Assembly: GCA_905479925.1 (NCBI GenBank)
Contig: CAJQOL010000055.1
Coordinates: 9,257 to 73,256, forward strand
DNA length: 64,000 nucleotides
Reading direction: 5' to 3'
From: an uncultured Kangiellaceae bacterium
GTDB taxonomy: Bacteria > Pseudomonadota > Gammaproteobacteria > Enterobacterales > Kangiellaceae
Part shown: piece by piece, positions 58,906-64,000 of the stretch
Position numbering within the stretch: the first letter of the stretch is position 1
Layout of the letters: each line of letters opens with the position of its first letter
Program-made: the position numbers and the translations under genes
Notes under the pieces: generated by a model
What the model was told of the DNA's origin: nothing
The model's input: the letters and a program-made list of their open reading frames with translations, nothing else
The model's database searches: none

Positions 58906-61900
58906 TTGTTAAAAAACAAGTGGTTACAATCACTTCTAAATCATAAAAATAGCGCACTCTACGGAATGGTCATATTCTGTAGTATTCCTTGGTTATTGAG
59001 TATTGCTGGAATTTCTTTCGCATCAAGCGTGAGTAACGCGATAGGTAGCGGATTTATCACCGATTCATCACCGGAGGTATTATTATCCAGCGCGCGAGGA
59101 GACTTCCAGCATGCATTCTTTGAGTGGAGCGCTATATCAATTGCGTTGTTGATTGCGGTTAGTTGCTTAGTACACTACAAAGTGCACAGAATCTCATATG
59201 TGGCAATTATTGGTTTCGCTTTTCTATGCGCGGGTTTAATTGACATATTTCATACGCTGGCAGCTACCAGAATCATTCTCGCAAACGCACCTAGTGAGCA
59301 ATTTGTCCCTTTTACATGGGCGATCTCGCGGTTTTTTAATAGCTTTATAATTGTTGTCGCGGTGTTTGCCAGTATTTGGCTGCAGCGTAAATCTGTAAAA
59401 GTAAATAGCCAGCTTGAACAACGCTATCTAATGGTTATAAGTTTCTCGTTGCTGTTATTTACTTTTGTTGTAATACGAACAGCTATATCCGTCGATCAGC
59501 TACCAAGGTCGGTATACAGCGACTTTTGGCTTGCTAGACCCTATGACCTGCTTCCCTTATCAATATATATTGTCTCGGGTACCCTTATATGGAGCTGGCA
59601 TACACAATCTCCCAGGCGATCGCCGGTAAGATTCGCTTTATTGTTAAGTGTGATACCAGAGATATTCGCTCAAGCTCATATGGCATTTGGCTCAACCGAG
59701 TTGTTCGATAGTCATTTCAACATTGCTCACTTTTTAAAGGTTGTCGCATATCTCTGTATTTTCGCCGGGTTGATTATTGATATGGCTGGTCGCGGTCCTT
59801 CTATTGCCAAAACTAAATTTGAACAGGGCAAACAAAATGGCTCGAAGCGAACATTTAGCTCGAATGAATTATTAACTATTGAACAGGCTAAATGGCCTTT
59901 GGCGTTTCGAATTCCTGCGATTGCTTTTGTTATGGCGTTGTTAATCACCGGTATCGTCGGCTTTTTGTTTTATAGTGAAACAATTCGAGTGGTTACTGAC
60001 AAAAACAAACAGTTTTTGGTGGAGAAAAATCGACAAATCAAGACGGTCATTACAGTATTGTATAAGGAAATGTTCGACCATTTAAATTTCATGCATAGCT
60101 ATCCAGGGCTCGCAGAAATGGATGGAAGTTTATCGACTGAAAATATCCAGAAAGTTAATAATAAAGATAAAGCTTTTGCACAGTTGATTTCCAATTTTCT
60201 GTCCAACCGAATTATTTACACGGGAGTTAGATATTTTGACTTGAGACAAAGAATTAATATTGTGGAAATAGTCAAAAATGGTAAACAACTTGAAGTAATC
60301 GATTCTTATAGCGACAGCGCAAAAACTATTCCCTTTTTCTCTCAGTTAAACTCTATGACACCATCTCGGCTAGTTTTCTCGCCCGTCAGCGAGGTGGCAA
60401 ACCCTTCTAAAAGAGGATTTAGAAATAAATTTGACGTTGCATTACCTATTTATTCAAAAGACAACAAAACGTTAAAACAATTGTTAATAATTGAAGTGAA
60501 TTTTGACCGTTTTATGCAACTGATAGAAATGCTAGCACTCAAAGATATCGATTTGTACGTTGAAAACAAGCGGGCGCAGTTACTTTATTCACCAGCACGT
60601 TTAGGCGCAAATACGGCAGAGGTAAATGGGCTAAACGATATTTTCAGTGAACTAAATACTCTAAGTAAAGATAATGCTATTAAACAACAATATTCATTAC
60701 TGCAGGTAAAAGATAAAGAGGTAGCAGGTGAAAAGAAGTGGGGAATATATCAGGAGTTTCAAGATAAAACCTTTGGGGTAGGGCACCTGTTTCGTTGGTT
60801 TATTGTTCCAAGTGATAATCAACTGATGGCAGAGGTTAGAGAAATCGAATATCGCTCGATTATGATTTCCCTAGGGTTAGCATTTATTGCGCTTGCGCTG
60901 TCACTTTTTGGTGCTAGAAAAATAGTAAGATCTTTGTCGAAAATGAATCGAATTTTATCAGCCGATGCTAATGATATTCAGCTTAACCAATTACCAATTG
61001 GAGCAACCGATGAAATAGGTGTTTTAGCCCGAGGCTTTTACAATCTACTCGTTCAAAAACGTGCCAACGATAGAGAAATTGAAGAGCACCAGTTTGCGCT
61101 TAATCAACATGCTATTGTTACGGTAACAAACGTCAATAGCGAGATCATCTATGTGAATTCCAAGTTAGAGGCGATCAGTGGTTATCGTTCCAATGAGCTA
61201 CTCGGTAAGCATCATAAACTACTTTACTCTAAAGAGTATGAACAGGATGCTATCGACAAAATGTATCATGAATTGTCTTTGGGTAACGTATGGCGTTCTG
61301 AAGTTGTAAATCAGACTAAGTCCGGTGAAAGCTATTGGTTAGATACTAGTGTCGTCCCTTTCGTAAAAGAAAATGGTGATATCTATCAGTATATTTCGAT
61401 TAGCACAGATATTACTGAGCAGAAAGAAACTGAACAAGCGCTGCTAAATGAAAAACAGCGGATGGAGCTAATAATCAATAGCGCATCAGTAGGAATTTGG
61501 GATTGGAACTTAGCTTCCGGTGCTATGGAGGTAAACGAACGATGGGCTAATATGCTTGGTTATAGCCGACGAGAATTAGCGCCAATAACCAATGAAACAT
61601 GGAACAGGTTGTGTTTTTCAAGCGATGTCATCAGCTCAAGCCGCGCGCTAGAAGAGCATTGGGACAAACAAACAAAGTATTATCAATGTGAAACTAGAAT
61701 GCGCCATAAAGATGGTCATGTTGTTTGGATATTAGATACGGGTAAAGTCGTTGAGTGGGATAAAACTAATAAACCGAGCAGAATGATTGGAACCCAGCTT
61801 GATATTACGAACTCAAAGCAAGTAGAAATTAAGCTGATTGAGGCAAAGGAAAAAGCTGAACAAGCAATGCAAGCCAAGAGCGAGTTTTTTGCCAGTATGA

Positions 61901-64000
61901 GCCATGAAATAAGAACACCAATGAACGGTGTTCTAGGAATGCTTGGTTTGGTCATGGGAACACAACTTGATGAGCGGCAACTTCATTATACGTCTTTAGC
62001 TCGCTCAAGCGCAGACTCACTATTAAGTATTATTGACGATATTCTCGATATTTCAAAAATAGAAGCAGGAAAGATCAGGATTGAGAATATTCCATTTGAC
62101 CTTTCAGAAATGATTGGAAGCTTCGCTGAGTCGATTGCCTATAGAGCCCAGGAAAAAAATATTGAGTTGATCTTAGATATGACGGAAGTTTATCACCAAA
62201 AAGTGATTGGAGATGTACATCGCATTCGTCAAGTACTCAATAATTTGGTCGGCAATGCGATAAAATTTACCGAGTCCGGTGAGATTAAGATAACGGTAAG
62301 TTTAGATGAAAAGGAAAGTGACAGTTGGTTCCTTTCTTGTGATGTTTCTGATACGGGCCATGGAATTGCTCAAGAAAATGTAGATAAATTATTTGACAGC
62401 TATGCGCAGATTGATTCTTCTACTACTAGAAAATTTGGCGGAACCGGATTAGGTTTGGCGATAGTAAAGAATTTAGTTGAACTCATGGGGGGCAAGGTAA
62501 CAGCAACCAGTGAAATTGGTTATGGTTCAGTATTTAGTTTTTATATTGCTATTGAGCTTAGCGATGAGGCATCTAGTGAATATACTTTTTCCGGACAGCA
62601 GAAGTCTGTATTAGTGGTCGATGATAATGAGACTTCTAGAAAAACATTGGCAAAACAACTTTCTCAATGGGGTATCAATACGAAAGTAGCCTCTAGCGGT
62701 CATCATGCGCTGAAATTGCTGTCTGACCATGAAATAAGTCAACCGCCTTCAAATTCCGCTAAAGAATTAGATGAAGGCATTAGTTCGGGTCAAAATAATG
62801 TTCAGCCAATTGATATTATTCTTATTGATATGCATATGGAAACGATGGATGGTTTAACGTTAGCAAGGACTATCAGGAAAAATCCTGTATTCAATAAAAC
62901 TCATTTGGTTTTGATGACATCCATGGAAGGTAGCAAGAACTTTCAAAATATTCGTGATGTCAGAAATATGACCTATTTTCCTAAGCCTGCGACTGTTATT
63001 GACCTTATTCGTACGTTGGAATGGAACGAAAATGAATCGGCAACTAAAAAACGCGAAAAGGAGCAGATTCAAAACAGCAATAGGCATTTTTATGAAACGA
63101 CTATACTGTTAGTAGAAGACAATCCAATTAACCAGGAAGTCGCCATAGGCATCTTAAAAGATATGGGTATTGCGGTAGAAGTCGCAGAGAACGGGATTGA
63201 AGCCTATAATCTATTTGTTTCTGAGGACAAGCAATATGATCTAGTCTTGATGGATTGTCAGATGCCGGTGTTAGATGGTTATCAAGCAACTAGTAAGATT
63301 AGAAAATACGAATCCGAAAATCTGCTGCAATCGTTGCCTATAATAGCGCTAACAGCTAATGCATTGCGAGGGGATAGAGAAAGCTGTATAGAGTCCGGTA
63401 TGAATGACTATTTGTCAAAACCGGTAGACCCAGTATTGCTGGAAGAAAAGTTAGCTGAGTACTTACCTGCAGATAAATATCGGTTAGCTGAAGGCATTGA
63501 TGCCGATGTACAAGCGGAGGATTCTAAAGCTAAGGCTATAGAGACATCAGTAGAAAGCACCAGTTCAAAAGAGAGTGCAATTGAGTTAGCAGCTCAACAG
63601 GGTAGCGGTGAGCCTGAACTAAAGAATAGTAACAATACAAGTAAGGAGAGTGCATTTTCTGAGAGTAACGATAGCCCAGCAGACTGGGATAAAGCGGGGC
63701 TGATGGCAAGAGTAAGAGATAACGAGAAACTTGCCGGCAAGCTGATCGATTTGTTTAGCAAAGATCTACCGACCTTATGTGAACATCTCAAAGTCAGTAT
63801 CGAAGAGGATATGCTAATGGATGTTGTTGCTCATTCCCACCGAATTAAGGGGAGTGCCGCTAATCTGAGCGCCAATAAATTGGCCGCTATCTCAGCGGAA
63901 ATTGAAAAACAAGCGCGGGCGGAAAACATGCAAAATGTAAAATTGCAGATACCGGAGTTTGAAGCGAGTGTAAATAAGCTGTTAAAACTATTGAATGATC
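58906..64000 (+). CDS. Hybrid sensor histidine kinase (multi-TM module, extracytoplasmic domain, HAMP, 2 PAS, HisKA, HATPase, 2 REC, HPt), truncated at the right edge
   Basis: The frame with codons starting at 58846 (just after an in-frame TGA at 58843) stays open to 64000. It is not in the track because no stop lies in the window. H-box SHEIRTPMNGVLGM (His codon 61903), N-box NNLVGNAIKF, and G-boxes DTGHGI and GGTGLGLAI. REC1 has VLVVDDN and ILIDMHM. REC2 has ILLVEDN, LVLMDCQMP and LSKP. HPt motif HSHRIKGSAANL. The start is uncertain: TTG at 58906 or ATG at 58966. Confidence 0.88.
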   Translation, partial: MLKNKWLQSLLNHKNSALYGMVIFCSIPWLLSIAGISFASSVSNAIGSGFITDSSPEVLLSSARGDFQHAFFEWSAISIALLIAVSCLVHYKVHRISYVAIIGFAFLCAGLIDIFHTLAATRIILANAPSEQFVPFTWAISRFFNSFIIVVAVFASIWLQRKSVKVNSQLEQRYLMVISFSLLLFTFVVIRTAISVDQLPRSVYSDFWLARPYDLLPLSIYIVSGTLIWSWHTQSPRRSPVRFALLLSVIPEIFAQAHMAFGSTELFDSHFNIAHFLKVVAYLCIFAGLIIDMAGRGPSIAKTKFEQGKQNGSKRTFSSNELLTIEQAKWPLAFRIPAIAFVMALLITGIVGFLFYSETIRVVTDKNKQFLVEKNRQIKTVITVLYKEMFDHLNFMHSYPGLAEMDGSLSTENIQKVNNKDKAFAQLISNFLSNRIIYTGVRYFDLRQRINIVEIVKNGKQLEVIDSYSDSAKTIPFFSQLNSMTPSRLVFSPVSEVANPSKRGFRNKFDVALPIYSKDNKTLKQLLIIEVNFDRFMQLIEMLALKDIDLYVENKRAQLLYSPARLGANTAEVNGLNDIFSELNTLSKDNAIKQQYSLLQVKDKEVAGEKKWGIYQEFQDKTFGVGHLFRWFIVPSDNQLMAEVREIEYRSIMISLGLAFIALALSLFGARKIVRSLSKMNRILSADANDIQLNQLPIGATDEIGVLARGFYNLLVQKRANDREIEEHQFALNQHAIVTVTNVNSEIIYVNSKLEAISGYRSNELLGKHHKLLYSKEYEQDAIDKMYHELSLGNVWRSEVVNQTKSGESYWLDTSVVPFVKENGDIYQYISISTDITEQKETEQALLNEKQRMELIINSASVGIWDWNLASGAMEVNERWANMLGYSRRELAPITNETWNRLCFSSDVISSSRALEEHWDKQTKYYQCETRMRHKDGHVVWILDTGKVVEWDKTNKPSRMIGTQLDITNSKQVEIKLIEAKEKAEQAMQAKSEFFASMSHEIRTPMNGVLGMLGLVMGTQLDERQLHYTSLARSSADSLLSIIDDILDISKIEAGKIRIENIPFDLSEMIGSFAESIAYRAQEKNIELILDMTEVYHQKVIGDVHRIRQVLNNLVGNAIKFTESGEIKITVSLDEKESDSWFLSCDVSDTGHGIAQENVDKLFDSYAQIDSSTTRKFGGTGLGLAIVKNLVELMGGKVTATSEIGYGSVFSFYIAIELSDEASSEYTFSGQQKSVLVVDDNETSRKTLAKQLSQWGINTKVASSGHHALKLLSDHEISQPPSNSAKELDEGISSGQNNVQPIDIILIDMHMETMDGLTLARTIRKNPVFNKTHLVLMTSMEGSKNFQNIRDVRNMTYFPKPATVIDLIRTLEWNENESATKKREKEQIQNSNRHFYETTILLVEDNPINQEVAIGILKDMGIAVEVAENGIEAYNLFVSEDKQYDLVLMDCQMPVLDGYQATSKIRKYESENLLQSLPIIALTANALRGDRESCIESGMNDYLSKPVDPVLLEEKLAEYLPADKYRLAEGIDADVQAEDSKAKAIETSVESTSSKESAIELAAQQGSGEPELKNSNNTSKESAFSESNDSPADWDKAGLMARVRDNEKLAGKLIDLFSKDLPTLCEHLKVSIEEDMLMDVVAHSHRIKGSAANLSANKLAAISAEIEKQARAENMQNVKLQIPEFEASVNKLLKLLND

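Overview
This window is the chromosomal core of an AT-rich gammaproteobacterium. Gene order follows the Pseudomonas/Oceanospirillales-type arrangement, and a DciA-like (DUF721) gene is present.

Gene content, left to right:
- rpoN (5' part), lptB, lptA, lptC, kdsC, kdsD and yrbG, all on the minus strand.
- ibaG-murA, degS, zapG.
- A BlaI-type repressor paired with an M56 (BlaR1-like) protease that carries a TonB C-terminal domain, then a possible lipoprotein.
- alaA, an alpha/beta hydrolase, zapE, an HU-like gene, rplM-rpsI.
- A lipid A-type acyltransferase, a second hydrolase, and pxpC-pxpB-pxpA with an NRAMP-family transporter.
- petABC, sspAB, dolP-diaA-yraN-lpoA, and divergent rsmI.
- An OmpR-type response regulator and sensor kinase pair, followed by a coiled-coil protein with a basic tail.
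- RNase P RNA (rnpB).
- The complete dcw cluster: mraZ-rsmH-ftsL-ftsI-murE-murF-mraY-murD-ftsW-murG-murC-ddl-ftsQ-ftsA-ftsZ, then lpxC.
- A DUF721/DciA-like gene and an M23 peptidase.
- A receiver protein with an unrecognised output domain, and a hybrid sensor kinase of more than 1690 aa that runs off the right edge.

I saw no rRNA, tRNA, CRISPR, transposase, integrase or phage genes. Most of the window is ordinary conserved housekeeping DNA.

The parts worth a second look are small signalling insertions into that backbone:
1. The BlaI / M56-TonB_C module with two ATTAC-N4-GTAAT operators.
2. A sensor kinase whose predicted periplasmic, low-complexity loop contains a near-consensus TonB box (DETVVVTGSR).
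3. The REC protein of unknown output, divergent from the giant hybrid kinase.
4. An unusually long ftsZ-lpxC spacer (641 bp) containing a 12-bp-stem hairpin.
5. Several short tandem or inverted repeats.

All functional calls rest on reading the translated ORFs and motifs by eye. No database search was possible.
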